This document shows, in pieces, positions 38,281 to 50,741 of a DNA stretch of 64,000 bases. Every line of letters begins with the position of its first letter. Position 1 is the stretch's first letter. The DNA comes from Chiloscyllium plagiosum (lineage: Eukaryota), in NCBI RefSeq assembly GCF_004010195.1, contig NC_057719.1, forward strand, positions 42,709,024 through 42,773,023, given 5' to 3'. The notes beneath the pieces are model-generated. The model had not been told where the DNA came from, did no database searches, and worked only from the letters and a program-made list of their open reading frames with translations. The position numbers were made by a program, and so were the translations under genes.

Positions 38281-38902
38281 GTCTGAGGTTTAATCATTTT
38301 TAAAGGGAGAGGATCCAAATATAAGAAGATGACTTAAAAACTGATATCACCATCTATTTTGTCCCAGCAAATTAGGGCTTGGCATTTTAAACTTTGTATT
38401 GGAATGATCAGTTTATTTCTGAATAAGAGTTTTGCAGAGAGTTAGGAATCAATACTATGATTACACCCAGTTTGGAAATTGCACCAAATATTAATCAAAG
38501 TCATATTTATAATCATTAGTTGATGTTGCAGGAGTTCTAAGCCAGAATGGAAAACATTTATAATTAATTTGTTTAAGAACTGTTTTAAAGATTGTCAATG
38601 ACTAATTCTAAGCTTTTGTTTAATATTAGAAATTTGTACATTTATTTAAATTCCCTTTTCACATTCAAACAGAAGAGGTTATGCTTGGAACTTCCACACA
38701 AATAATAGTTATTCATATTAAATTTGTTCAAAATTAACCATGTTCAACTTCAAGTTTGTATTCCCAATTTTGAAATATTCTTCATGACTAAAACTATTTT
38801 AATCACAAAAATTAGAAGAATACAGCAAGTCTCAAATACTTACTTCAGTTATAAGCATTCCTTATTTAGGAGTTTAAAATATATTTTAAATTTTGAAAAT
38901 TG

Positions 38903-39110
38903 AGTTCAGTTGGCTGAACAGCAGCTTTGTGAAGCAGTGGTGCCAACACACATTGGTTCAGTTCCAGTGCTGGCTGTGGTTACCCTGAAGGACTCACTCT
39001 CCATCTCAATCCCTCCCTTCACCTGAGGCGAGGTGTCACTCAGGTTAAGCCACCACCAGTTGTGTTTCTCTGAGTGCAGCTCTATGGTCTGCTAGGGCTA
39101 TGGCAACTTT
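38903..39110 (+). mobile_element. tRNA-derived SINE (family C)
   Basis: CAGTTGGCTG head; CCTGAGGCGAGGTGTCACTCAGGTTAAGCCACCACCAG; CTATGGCAACTTT tail. Confidence 0.65.
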
Positions 39111-39843
39111 ATCCATTTGGTTGCACATTCACTGGAAACTGAATATTTTAAAGGGTATCTATAATTTGAAGATTGCCAGAAATTTAATTGAATCAGGGGA
39201 TATCAAAGATCCTGTATAGCTGCAAGATAGCTATACAGTGTTGCTGTTTATTGGAGTGGTGCAGAGAAGGAATGAATAGTTTGTCATTCCATTCTGTTCT
39301 TATTGTGTAAGTTGTCAGGAAATGGTTACACAGTTTCTAGTATCCTTTTGAGTTCATGGTGACATGCATTCTTGATGGACCTCTATTGACGTAGAGTTCA
39401 CCATCTGACCATTGTGAGTAAAATGTAGTTTGCAGCTTGTGGTTGTGCTAACACTTGGATTACAGAAAGGGTTTGTACCACAGTATTTGCATCTGCAGGC
39501 ATAGGCCTGGATTCTTTTGATTAAAAGAGACTAATAGTAACTGCTTTAGAGAAAACATGAAACCTGCAAAACATTGGTAGAGTACTGTACGCCTGGTGTT
39601 TTATCTTGCGCTAGCCCTCGTGTTCAGTTTCGCATGTTAATTGTGCATTTATGATTGCATCTTCCCTGTAATGTCCTTGTTTTTATTTTTTTTGAAAGCT
39701 ATATGACGTCTGCAGCTATTCTGAAACCTGCATTAAGTTTAAACCTAACCTATAGTTCTCTAACTGCAATTTTATTTTTGAAATATGTGACTGAAACTGA
39801 ATGTTGTTAACCTTACACATACTGAGCATGTGTCACATTTTAG

Positions 39844-39932
39844 GTCATACTAGATAACTTGATGTGGAACTCCGTATCCCAGCTGTCACAGTTCATACGA
39901 GAAAATATGGAGCAAACTGCAACAAAAATAAA
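39844..39932 (+). CDS. CEP170B: CEP170B coding exon (89 nt, phase 0 to 2)
   Basis: ttag|GTC ATA CTA GAT AAC: VILDNLMWNSVSQLSQFIRENMEQTATKI(K)|gtgagt; not in the ORF track. Confidence 0.93.
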
Positions 39933-40317
39933 GTGAGTAAATTGCTGCCATGTTTTCTGATTTAGTACATGTCACTGTAGATAATTATAGCTTGTACTCT
40001 TCCAAAATGTGATGACGAAGCATAACGAAACTTGTAATCTCACCAGCAGTACTCAGATTAGGCTAGATGAAATAATCACTATCCTACTGTCTGATGTTCA
40101 TTAATATAGTCTTAAAAATGTACCTCTAAGTTTAGGTAGCAAATAAGGGGAAAGTTGTTCTACAAGCCATTAACAGGCTGCTCTTCAATTCTCTTTCATA
40201 GCAAAGTTACAATGAAAGTTCCTGAAGCTTACATATTGTGAGAAGAATGCAGATGGTATGGTGTCTGGGTAGTTCAATAATTCACTCAATTCAGTTGTTT
40301 ACTAGCAAAACTGTATT

Positions 40318-41920
40318 ATAGAGTCATACAGCACAGAACTGATTTTTTGGTCCAACCAGTCCATGCTGACCATAGTCCCAGACTAAAGCAATCCCACCTG
40401 TCTGTGCTTGACCCAAATCTCTCCAAATCTTTCTTATTCATATACTTATCTAAATGTCTATTAAACATTGTAAGTGTACCACATCTGCCACTTCCTCTGG
40501 AAGTTCATTCCACACAGAGCAATTCTGAGTTTAAATTAAAAAAAAGTTGTCCCTCATGTCCATTTTAAATTTTCCTCCTCTCGCCTTAAAAATATGATCC
40601 CAAGTCTTGAAATCTTCCACCCTAGGGAAAAGGCAGCTGCCATTCATCTAATTATACCCCTCATGATTTTAAAAACCCCTACAAGGTCACCCCTCAACCT
40701 CCTACTCTTCAGTGAAAAAAGTCCTAATCTGTCCAGCCTCTCCCCATAACTCAAACCTTCCATTCCCAGCAACATCCTGGTAAATCTTTTCTGAACCCTC
40801 TCCAACTTGCTAATACCCTTCCTATAACAGGGCAACTGGAACTGGGTGCATATCCAGAACAGCCCTCACCAACATCATTATAAGCTCAGCATGACTTCCC
40901 AACCCCTGTACTCCGATGTCTGAGTCATGAACATGCTGAACACCTCCTTAACCACCCAATCTACATATGATGCAAACTCCAAAGAATTATGTACCTGAAC
41001 CCAAGGCCTCTCTGTTCTACAACACCATCCAAAGCCCTACTTTTAATTATATAAGTGTAATCCTTATTTGTTTTACCAAAATGCAAGACCTTGCATTTAT
41101 CCAAATTAAACTCCATTTTCCACTCTTTGGCCTATTGGCCCAACTGATCAAGATCTCGTTATAATCTCAGATAACCTTCTTTACTGTCCAATACATCACC
41201 AATCTTTATGACATCTACAAATTTACTATCCATGCTTGTTCATCTAATTCATTTATATAAATGACAAACAAAAGCAGACCCAGCACCGATGCCAACAAAA
41301 ATCAAAATTGCTGGAAAAGCTCAATAGGCCTGGCAGTATCTGTGAAGAGAGATCAGAGTTAACATTTTGGAACTGATCACAAGGGAACATCACCGGTATC
41401 AGGCATGCAGTCCAAGGCAACAAACGTCCACCACCAAGCTCATCCTGAATCCCATGTGATCTAATTTTTCTAATTAGTCTACCATGCAGAACATTTCAAA
41501 GACTTTACTGAAGTCTAATAAAACCACATCCACAGCTCTGCCTTCATCAATCTTTTGGTTACTTCCTCAAAAACTCAATCATGATGGCGAGATATGATTT
41601 CTCTCACACAAAGCCATGCTGATTATCCCGAATTATATCTTGTCTGTCCAAATGCATGTAAATCATATCTTTCAGAATCACATCCAGTGCGATGTCAGAC
41701 TCTCAGATATATAGTTCCCAGGATTCTCTTTACATCTCTTTTCAAACAAAGGCACATCAGCAACTCTCCAGTTATCTGGCATCTTGTCTGTAGTTAGAGA
41801 CAATACCAATATTGAAAGGGCCTCACAATTTCCTCGCTAACTTCCCATAACGTCCTGAGATACACAAGATCAGATCTTGTTGATATATCCACCTTTATGT
41901 TTTCTAAGACTTCCAACAAA
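40318..41920 (-). mobile_element. CR1 LINE fragment (RT to 3'UTR), decayed
   Basis: Minus-strand ORF 40644-40835 LERVQKRFTRML...RRLRGDL; tail at 40318. Confidence 0.85.
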
Positions 41921-42113
41921 TCCTCACTGTCATGTGTTTACACATGGCATTTCCAATCAGGGTTATTGCAGTCTCTTTAAATACTTATATGTGCTAACTT
42001 TACTATTTTCCAAACTTCAGTCATTTCCATGATCTAGGACAGACACTTGATTTCAAGGAAATTGTCCTTCTCTCTCCCAGTTTTTGCTTTTCTTAGACCA
42101 GATTGAAGCTTAC

Positions 42114-42412
42114 AAGGTGGCTAAGTGGTTAGCACTGCTGCCTCACAGCACCAAGGACCCGGGTTCGATTCCTGCCTCGGGGGCCTGTCTGTGTGGAATT
42201 TGCACATTCTCCCCGTGTCAGTGTGGGTTTCCTCCCACAATCCAAGATGTGCAGATTAGGTAAATTGGTCATGCTAAATTACCCAGTGTTAGCTGCATTA
42301 GTCAGGGGTAAAAATAGGGCAGGGGAATGGTTCTGGGTGGGTTACTCATAGGAAGGTCAGGGTGGACATATTGGGCCAAATGGTCTGTTTCCACACTGTA
42401 GATAATCTAATC
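42114..42412 (+). mobile_element. HE1-like V-SINE
   Basis: GGTGGCTAAGTGGTTAGCACTGCTGCCTCACAGC...GGGTTCGATTCC (A/B boxes); CCACACTGTAGATAATCTAATC tail. Confidence 0.88.
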
Positions 42413-42661
42413 AAATTTTCTCCTGTTCTCCTTCCCTATCAGGGCTGTTGGTTCCAAAAAGGACAGGGTTTGAAGGGTGAAATTTGACTTCATTTGTAGC
42501 GCTGCTCAGTTTTCCTTTCCATTCTAATTAATGGAAACAACCCTAGTCTAAAACAGCAGTTTCCTACCCACTCCTTGACCAATTTGTTACATTTTTTTGA
42601 TGTGATATTAAACTACCTTTTACAGTAAGATAAGTTTAGTACTAAGGTGTAGTAATAGTAA

Positions 42662-42913
<252 letters not shown>

Positions 42914-43317
42914 TGAAGCAAGGTATTGGTCTAGGTCAGTGTTGCAAGCCTGTACTCATAATCTGGATTCCAAATTCATTTCTTAATACTGGAATTGATC
43001 ACTGTTTGTTCATGCCTGGACATTCTTGCTCTCGTGAAAGTGTTGACTTCCACTGGCCATCCCTGACGCACCACCCAATTGTTAATTGATCTGTCTGTTT
43101 AGATAACCAGTGTAACTGCTGCAATAGCTGAAAATTCTCTCCCCAGTTGGCATCTACACTTTGTGTTCCATTCACTTAACTAACACCCCTACAATCTCTG
43201 TGTTTGTGATTAGCTAACTAAGCACTGAAAGATATTCAAAACTGTGCCCTCTCTATTTTGTAGGATTAAGTTGCTTACTGTTTTTGTTCAAAAAACTGTT
43301 AAGGATCTCCTAACAGT

Positions 43318-43528
43318 AAGTTAGCTCAGTTGGCTGGACAGCTGGTTTGTAATGCAGAGTGTTGCCAAAAGCATGAGTTCGGTTTCCACACAGGGGCAGA
43401 GGTCACCATGACAGACTCTGCTCCTCAGCCCGTCCCCTTGCCTGAGGCAAGGTGGCCCTTAGGTTAATGCACCACAATCTTCTCTATTTAATGGAAGAGC
43501 AGTCGTATTGTTTAAGACTATGGTGGCA
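43318..43528 (+). mobile_element. tRNA-derived SINE (family C), with the solo LTR inserted in its tail
   Basis: GTTAGCTCAGTTGGCTGGACAGCTGG head; homologous to 4151 and 38903. Confidence 0.7.
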
Positions 43529-44008
43529 TGTTTTAAAAAATTCTCAAGGTCAAGGACCAGGCTCGCAGGAAAGTAGTCTGACACAGAACAAACAGCCAAG
43601 AGGCAAGTCTGCTAGAATATAAGTGTTTTATTCCCCGCAGCGTCGCCACAACCAGGTCTCGTACTTACAACGGGTCTGGTTTATACTCACTCTACGTGTT
43701 ACCGGAACTGGGAGCCGTCAGTTCTCGTAGAGCGGTTGCCAACAACCCACGCTCGGCGGTTAAACGCAACCCCGGAGCAGACTCTACCGAACTGGAGACT
43801 TTTCCAGCTGATATACTCTTTTCCAGATATAAACATTCATGTGAACAGCAGAGCAAGGCTAAAAAACACATTCCATTCTGGTTACATACAGATAAGAAGA
43901 TTCACACGGGAAGGTGTATAATAAGATTCACACGGGACTAAGCGACACCTTCCATTTTCGGTTAGATTCACACATGTATTGGGACACAATTTTAACCCTT
44001 TCACCACA
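43529..44008 (-). mobile_element. Solo LTR (480 bp, TG...CA, 5-bp TSD)
   Basis: TG/CA termini; TSD TGGCA at 43524-43528 and 44009-44013; minus-strand AATAAA at 43627-43632; three AGATTCACAC repeats near the inferred U3 end; CpG-rich. Confidence 0.85.
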
Positions 44009-45439
44009 TGGCATGACCTTTGTTTGTTAAGATTAAATGTTTGCCATGTTTATTAATAATTAATTTGAGTAGATTCCACATTGTGTTAGTATATTGTCTT
44101 GTTATTTATCCAGTTCTCAATGGACATAATGGTCAGGGTATTACTTCCATTAAAATATTTTAATTATTATTGAAGATAGAATAGTGAATAAAAATATTGG
44201 AATGGTCCATCATTACAGACAAAGCTGTCACAGTAAACTGTTTATTAACTGGCACCTATGGGAGCAGGAGCATGCCAGTTGATCAAATATTCTGATTGAT
44301 TCTGTGGACCTCTTTATCAATGTCACACATATATTAAGTAATAAAAAACATAATGTGGGAGGTGTATATATCCCTGTAATACTTTATTTACAATATAAAT
44401 CATTTAAATAATAATGTATCTTCTCCTTAAATAAAATTTATCAGAGAGCCTTCTCATTTGTACCTTCAACTAACTGCTTGAACTTCGCAGAGATTGTGAT
44501 TACACAGTGAACTTCTGGTATTTGAGGTATATGATTTTTGCCAGCTTATCAAGAGTGCAGGTTCATAATGTGTTAAAATGAAGTTTGCTGTACTTTGAAT
44601 TCTGTAAAATCTAAATGCAGAAATTATCTATTCAGCCCAATTAGTCAATGCAGTGTTTCTACTCTAAATGGGATGCTTGTCCCTCTGCTTTATCTTCTTC
44701 AATTTCTTTGATTATCTATGGGTCCCATTCAATCTAGTTAAATGTGAAAACTGTAACATGGCATCTGGACCCGTGGTTTTGTCCTCACAGTTCACTAGTT
44801 TGTCCAGTTTTTGATGAGGGGTACTGGGGTTAATTTGGGTGCATGGATTTCCAAAGTGCATTCATAAAGTGATATCCAATTGGCTCATCTGCAGAGTTGA
44901 CTCATGTTAAAAGGGAAAATGGATGCAAGGAGCTGAAGTTGTTGAATGACAGGAAGCAGAGTGGTGAGCAGCCATTTTTTCAGACTTCCGAAAGTTATGT
45001 TGGTGCTCCCAAGATGGTTTGTGTTTGGACATCTACCTGTGCATGGCATAATTTCAAAATTCACAGATGGCTCAATAACTTGAAAGTATAAGAGGATATG
45101 AGGCAAGTATTAATAGATGTTCAAGAAGGCACGGAGACTACAGAGAGCTATTGATGGGAGTGGGTAACAAGATGGCAGATGGAGTATATTTTGAGATTGT
45201 ATGAGCGTATTCACTTTGACAATAAGAATAGGGTTGAGTGGCCAATAGGGTTGAGCCATTCTGTGATTCTATCTTTTTATCCTGACTTCCCTCTTGACTT
45301 CTGTTGTTGCAATTTTCCCTTTCTTCATTAGGATTATATGGTATTATTTTTAAAAGATCAGGCACACACTTTGGTTAGGATTATTTTAGTTGTTAAATGC
45401 ATCAAAATTACATAGTCGGTACAGAACCAAATATATAGT

Positions 45440-45597
45440 TGACTCACCAACTTTACAGACATTTAAATGGTCATTGGATAAGCATATGGGCGAGAATGGA
45501 ATAGTGTAGGTTAGATGGGCTTCAGATTGGTTTCACAGGTCGGTGTAATATAGAGGGCTGAAGGGCCTGTACTGCACTGTAATGTTCTCTGTATTCT
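45440..45597 (+). mobile_element. CR1-type LINE 3' tail (another subfamily)
   Basis: CATTTAAATGGTCATTGGATAAGCATATG...GGGCTGAAGGGCCTGTACTGCACTGTAATGTTCT. Confidence 0.7.
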
Positions 45598-45759
45598 GAG
45601 TTTGCATGTGTCAGGAACAAGGTTGACATTTTATACCCTATGAAATTGATGTGTAGATTAAAATGAGTAGTTCCCCCTCAAATCCAGATCCAAGTTCCAA
45701 ATTTGTTAAAATGTTTTGATAACTGGTAATGTTCTGACTGTGTTTACTTTCTGTCCCAG

Positions 45760-45811
45760 GAGATATCCTCAATCTTTAAAGACTTGAGAAGAGTTCAAAA
45801 GCAATTAGATG
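45760..45811 (+). CDS. CEP170B: CEP170B coding exon (52 nt, phase 0 to 1)
   Basis: ccag|GAG ATA TCC TCA: EISSIFKDLRRVQKQLD|gttagt. Confidence 0.95.
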
Positions 45812-46062
45812 GTTAGTAAAATTCATTGAAGCTGTTTTTGTAATTGATGGTTTGCTACATTAACCAATTTTCTGCCATCAACCTGCATTCATTAGGAGTT
45901 GTATGGAGAGAAATTACTCGTTTGTTGGAAATCTATCTGAAAAGTACTTCATCTGATGCACAATGTTATGTAATATTTGCTATGTAGTGTTGACTTCCTT
46001 TAGAGACAAATTTGCTATCTTGTAAGAGGTATAGATGAATTAAAGTATTTGCTTTCTCACAG

Positions 46063-46349
46063 CAATCAACACAATCATTGATCCTGATGGATCTCTGGAT
46101 GCCTTGACTGGTAATCAGATCTCGCCAATTTCCACTTCTTCAATGAATATGAAAGAAAGGACTGCTAATACTGTGGACTCAAAAGATTTGCCAAAATCAA
46201 CAGCACAGATACTGAAGGAATGTGCTCAGCAAGGTTCTAAACCATCCCAATTGTCTTCGGATGCTGACAGCATTGACTCTGACTCAGAGTGTAATACTCA
46301 ATATACCATGATTGAGCCAAAAATGGAAGATACAGTCACTATGCTTTGA
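46063..46349 (+). CDS. CEP170B: CEP170B last coding exon to stop codon
   Basis: acag|CA ATC AAC: (A)INTIIDPDGSLDALTGNQ...MEDTVTML TGA(46347-46349). Confidence 0.93.
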
Positions 46350-49300
46350 AAGAGCTATTTATTTTGGGCCATTATTTGACCAATGTGCATTGTCATTGTT
46401 GCTATGTGAGAGTATGATTGTGTAAAAGCTGTATAAAATATTGCTGTTAATGTGACTGATCTATTGCACAAAAAAAGCTTATTGAAAAAATGGAAGTTGA
46501 CAAAAAAACTTATTTTAATTAAGCTGTGGCAACATATATTCAGCATAGAAGCAAAGTAAAATATGATTAAACTGAAAACATTTCAGTTTTAGGCCAAACT
46601 GTGCCATGTGAATACTATATAACATTATCATGCACTGAAGAGTATACTAGTTGCACAGGTTGTACAGTTGTTGCATGCCAGGATTCAGCACAAACCCAAT
46701 TGAACAATGGCTGCATATTTAGTAAGTTGTTGCTTTTTTATATCAATGTTATGACAGGGACAGCCTAATACTTAATTCACATTCGTGGGTTAAATATTGA
46801 GTAAATATTCTGGAAAGGAGAAATTTTCCTCTTACCAAAACTTTATCTAGTTTCTTAAATATTTATGGAATAGGTGATTAGATGTATTCAGATCAAGTAC
46901 GTTGTATTATTTTGTCACATGGTACTATGCATGCTTAAGGTTTTTGTCACCCTTTGAGGGTGAACAGGTTTTTATTTTGAGAAATTAACTCCATCCACAT
47001 CCGTTCACTTGCGTAACAATTCTAAACCTTCTAATGTAAGATAAGTATTTCAAGCAAACATGGCTTCTCTGGTCAGTCATTTCTAAAAGAGAGCAAATTA
47101 GAAATATTCCAATCTGAAATGGTGATTCACAAATATATATCACATCACATTTTGAAATGTCAAGGTGTAACTAGCAAAACACTGCCTTAGGAATTATTTT
47201 AGCTCATGTGTGATCAAAATAAATAATTATTTCTCCCACCAATCTCTTTAGGATTGACCCCCTAATCTCTGTCCTCCAGCTGGAAGACACTATACATTGG
47301 CTAATGAACTTCTGTATTTTCAGTTCACTAGCACTATCTTCTACTTAACTGGAAATTTGCTGTACTGCACAAAGTGGTTTCTCCACTAATTTATCAAGCA
47401 TAAGCTCACAGGATTCTCTCTGATTCTTAGGAATTGGGAAGAGTTTGTCTCAAAGGCATTTGATGTTTAAAATAACTTCACATGGAAATAAAGTGCTGTA
47501 ATGTGAGAGCAAATATAGTGTTGCAATGTTGTATGCTTGCAAAATAATGAAATTGGTATAGATTTGTAAAAACAAAATAAGTTCTAAACATGCCATGGCA
47601 CTAGTTCCTCTAAAGGTGTAAGCGCACAAGTTTACATTTATGCTTCAACATTTGTGATGTCAAACTTGGAAAAGACTTTGCTATCTCTAAGGTTGTTGAA
47701 CTGTACAAAGCAGTTAAAATAACTTTTGGGTTCATTGTCTCAATAAGTGGAAAAAAAAGTGATTTTTTGAAAAGAATGGTATGAATAGTCATAATTGGTT
47801 ACAGATATCTCTCGATGTCCTAATGATTAGTATGGTCAATACATCAGCAAAAAGTGTATAGTTGGATTGATAATTTGTGTATATTGTGATACGTCTTACA
47901 ATGGCACAATTATTTTAAATGCTTTGTCCTTATTATTAGATCGAAACGGTCCACCTTAGACAATACTAGAGCCAAAGATCAAATGACATGCTCTTAGCAT
48001 TGCGTCTGTATTAATTAAATCAGTCTGCTTCTAAAATCAGTTGATTTATCAGAACTTCTAAAGATTTATGGAACAGTTCTGCAGTTAATACACACCTTTA
48101 TGCACTAATTTCTAGATATGGAAACTGAGTAATAATAGCTTGAGATTACCTTTGGACACATTTTGCATCTGTATACTGTACGCATTGCACATCTCTGTCA
48201 GTTTCTATGCTGCATACTTGATGTGTCAAGGCAATTTTGTATACTTATCATAGCACAGGAGCTGGTACATGAGCGTGGTTGCAAGTTATTTTGGTGGTAT
48301 GGAGGACAGCAATTATAGGTGTCTAACATTTTATATGTACAGCAATTATATGTATGATATGGATTCTTCCCCTCCCAGTGTATAGCTCATGTTCTGCATT
48401 TACCAGTGTTACCTTTTGTCTGCTATGTACGGTGGGAATCTGAGGTATGAGTGTACTAATACAAGAATACATTATGTCAAGGGTGTTGCATTAAATTTAT
48501 TGGTGATATTGCCTCGAATCATTCCCATATTCTACTTTAGTCAGGATATTGTTTTAAGTGGAATTTTATTCTTCAAAATTTGGTTGATTTTTGATTTTTA
48601 TGTGCACCAAATATTTTTGATGCTTTCCAGTTAGATTTAACAAAAATGAATTGTTGCCTTTTTGGCTTGAACCTGTTCTGACTGTTTGAAACAGTGACTT
48701 TATTAATAGATCGTCAGCTGCTTTAAATGAGAGGCTAATATTGCTTATTTCAGCAGTTTGGGAACATATTGTATATTGCTAATGAAAAAAAAGTCTCTTG
48801 TATGTTCACAATTTAAATTTTTGAGGACATTGCTATTTAATTGTTCATTATAATTTTGCCAAACAATCTGGAAGAACTTGACAAAAATATATCTGAAATT
48901 GATTAGTTGATATTAAAGTCAGACTGTAGTCTGCGTACGCTAGATTTTCATAATGCAGGCGAATGCAATTATTTCACAATTACTGTACTCTGTTCATATG
49001 TGATGTCCTGTGCTAAATTGTCAAAGCGCTTGTTAGCCTGCTGATGCTGTTTCTTTTCTTTAGTGATTTATTCATTATTCTGTGTGTAATAGTGTATTAT
49101 CATGAGAAATGCAAAACGTACAGCTTTTATTTCCAGCTGGATCATGCCATTTTTGTACTGTTGTATTTCTGTATGCTGTCTAGCTTTCAATTTGGTGTAT
49201 ATTTCACTTTTTTGCACTGTTATATATAGCTGAGTATAATGAGCTTTCTTTAATTTTTGGCTGGAATCAAAGGTGTAATTTATTTTATCGCCTTACAATG

Positions 49301-49432
49301 AATGACATGTAAATTTTGTTAGGATGAAAGTACTTCTGATTCTTAATTGTTTTGCACATCATGGTATAATTTTGAATAACTATTTAATTTTCTGTGCAAG
49401 TTGATTATAATAAACCATTCTTCATAGCAGTG
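46350..49432 (+). other. CEP170B: CEP170B 3'UTR (inferred, ~3.1 kb)
   Basis: AT-rich with no recognisable transposon, unlike its flanks; ends at AATAAA followed by a GT-rich element. Confidence 0.65.
49409..49414 (+). terminator. Polyadenylation signal AATAAA
   Basis: Followed by CA dinucleotides about 10-15 nt downstream and TGTCTGTGTC...GTGTCAGTGTT; repeats resume shortly after. Confidence 0.6.
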
Positions 49433-50030
49433 AAATGTCTGTGTCATAGTGTCAGTGTTAACTATAATACTATACAGACAGTGCCACAATGTCCTGTGGC
49501 GTTCCCAGTACAAACATCGCAATCCTTAATATAAATTGAGAAAAGCTGAGACCTCAACACTGATCCCCATGGCACACCCCGGTACCTCCCTCGTATTGAA
49601 ATGATCTTTTTCTTTTACTGGTCATCCCAACAGGTATTGAAGAACTTTCCTGTATTCTTACTGTTGTTCAATAAGAAATAGTCCCTTTAGTTTACCGATC
49701 ACCTTCACAAAATTGGTATGTTTATGTCAAAAACCAATAATACTGCATCAGTTTGAACATTGTTTCCTCAGCTCTGTGATCCAAATTATAATTGGGGTCA
49801 ATATTGATTGCAAGTCTGTTTTCACTTAACTCCAAGCTCTGTAATGCAATTATATAGCAACATAAACCAAATTAGTTTTGTTTGAAAGTGAACCACTGAA
49901 ACCTCTTGTAACCTGATCTATAGCCTGACAGAGTTCCTGAAATAAAGGAAGTGGAAAATTCACACTGGTTCAGCAGAGACTGTCATCGTCAACTACATAT
50001 AACCAATGTTTGTTTCTTTTTATGCCAACT

Positions 50031-50469
50031 GGGCAGCACAGTGACTCAGTGGTTAGTGCTGCTGCCTCACAGCACCAGTACCCAGGTTCGATTCCACCCT
50101 TGGGTGACTGTGTGGAGTTTGTGCATTCTCCCTCCTTGTGTCTAGGAGGATTTGCTCTGGTTTCTTCTCACAATTCAAAGATGTGCAAGTTACCTGGATC
50201 GGCTATGCTAAATTGCCCACAGTGTCTAGGGATGTGCAGGCTAGGTGGGTTAAAACAATGACTGCAGATGCTGGAAACCAGATTCTGGATTAGTGGTGCT
50301 GGAAGAGCACAGCAGTTCAGGCAGCATCCTAGGAGCTTTGAAATTAGCCACGCAAAATGCAGTTTTAGAGGGATAGGGTGCTGGGTATGAGGGGATGCTG
50401 TTTGGAAGGTCATTGTAGACTAGATGGACTGAATAGCCTCTTTCCACACTGTAGGGATCCTATGACTCT
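50031..50469 (+). mobile_element. V-SINE interrupted by a PLE tail fragment
   Basis: GGGCAGCACAGTGACTCAGTGGTTAG...GGTTCGATTCC head; CCACACTGTAGGGATCCTATGACTCT tail. Confidence 0.8.
50252..50336 (-). mobile_element. PLE extreme 3' tail fragment (family of 5575-6445)
   Basis: Reverse complement GCTCCTAGGATGCTGCCTGAACTGCTGTGCTCTTCCAGCACCACTAATCCA matches 6395-6445 and extends 34 nt further. Confidence 0.8.
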
Positions 50470-50741
50470 AAACGCTGAATACCTGAAAGAGCTTTTCTTT
50501 AACAGATGTTTCTCTCTATAAAGCATGCTGGAAGTTTCTTCAAGTATATTGCAAGTTAAAAGTACATGATATAGAAGTATTGTCCCACCTCAGGGTAGGA
50601 TTTTGGATATCTGTTGAATATATAGGTTCTTGAAGTCATCACAAAAGTTTTTTTTAAAAATTAAAGATAACAAAGTACCCAATTTACCTGTTGTTAGATA
50701 AGCCCAGGTTAACCAAAAACTAGATTTCTGTACTTAACAAG

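Noticed and set aside
42114..42185. tRNA genes at SINE heads
   Set aside because: A/B boxes are present but continue into SINE bodies, with no complete cloverleaf.
43696..43941. Duplicated short ORF (also 22566-22757) as a small gene family
   Set aside because: Both lie within copies of the same LTR; there is no evidence of coding function.
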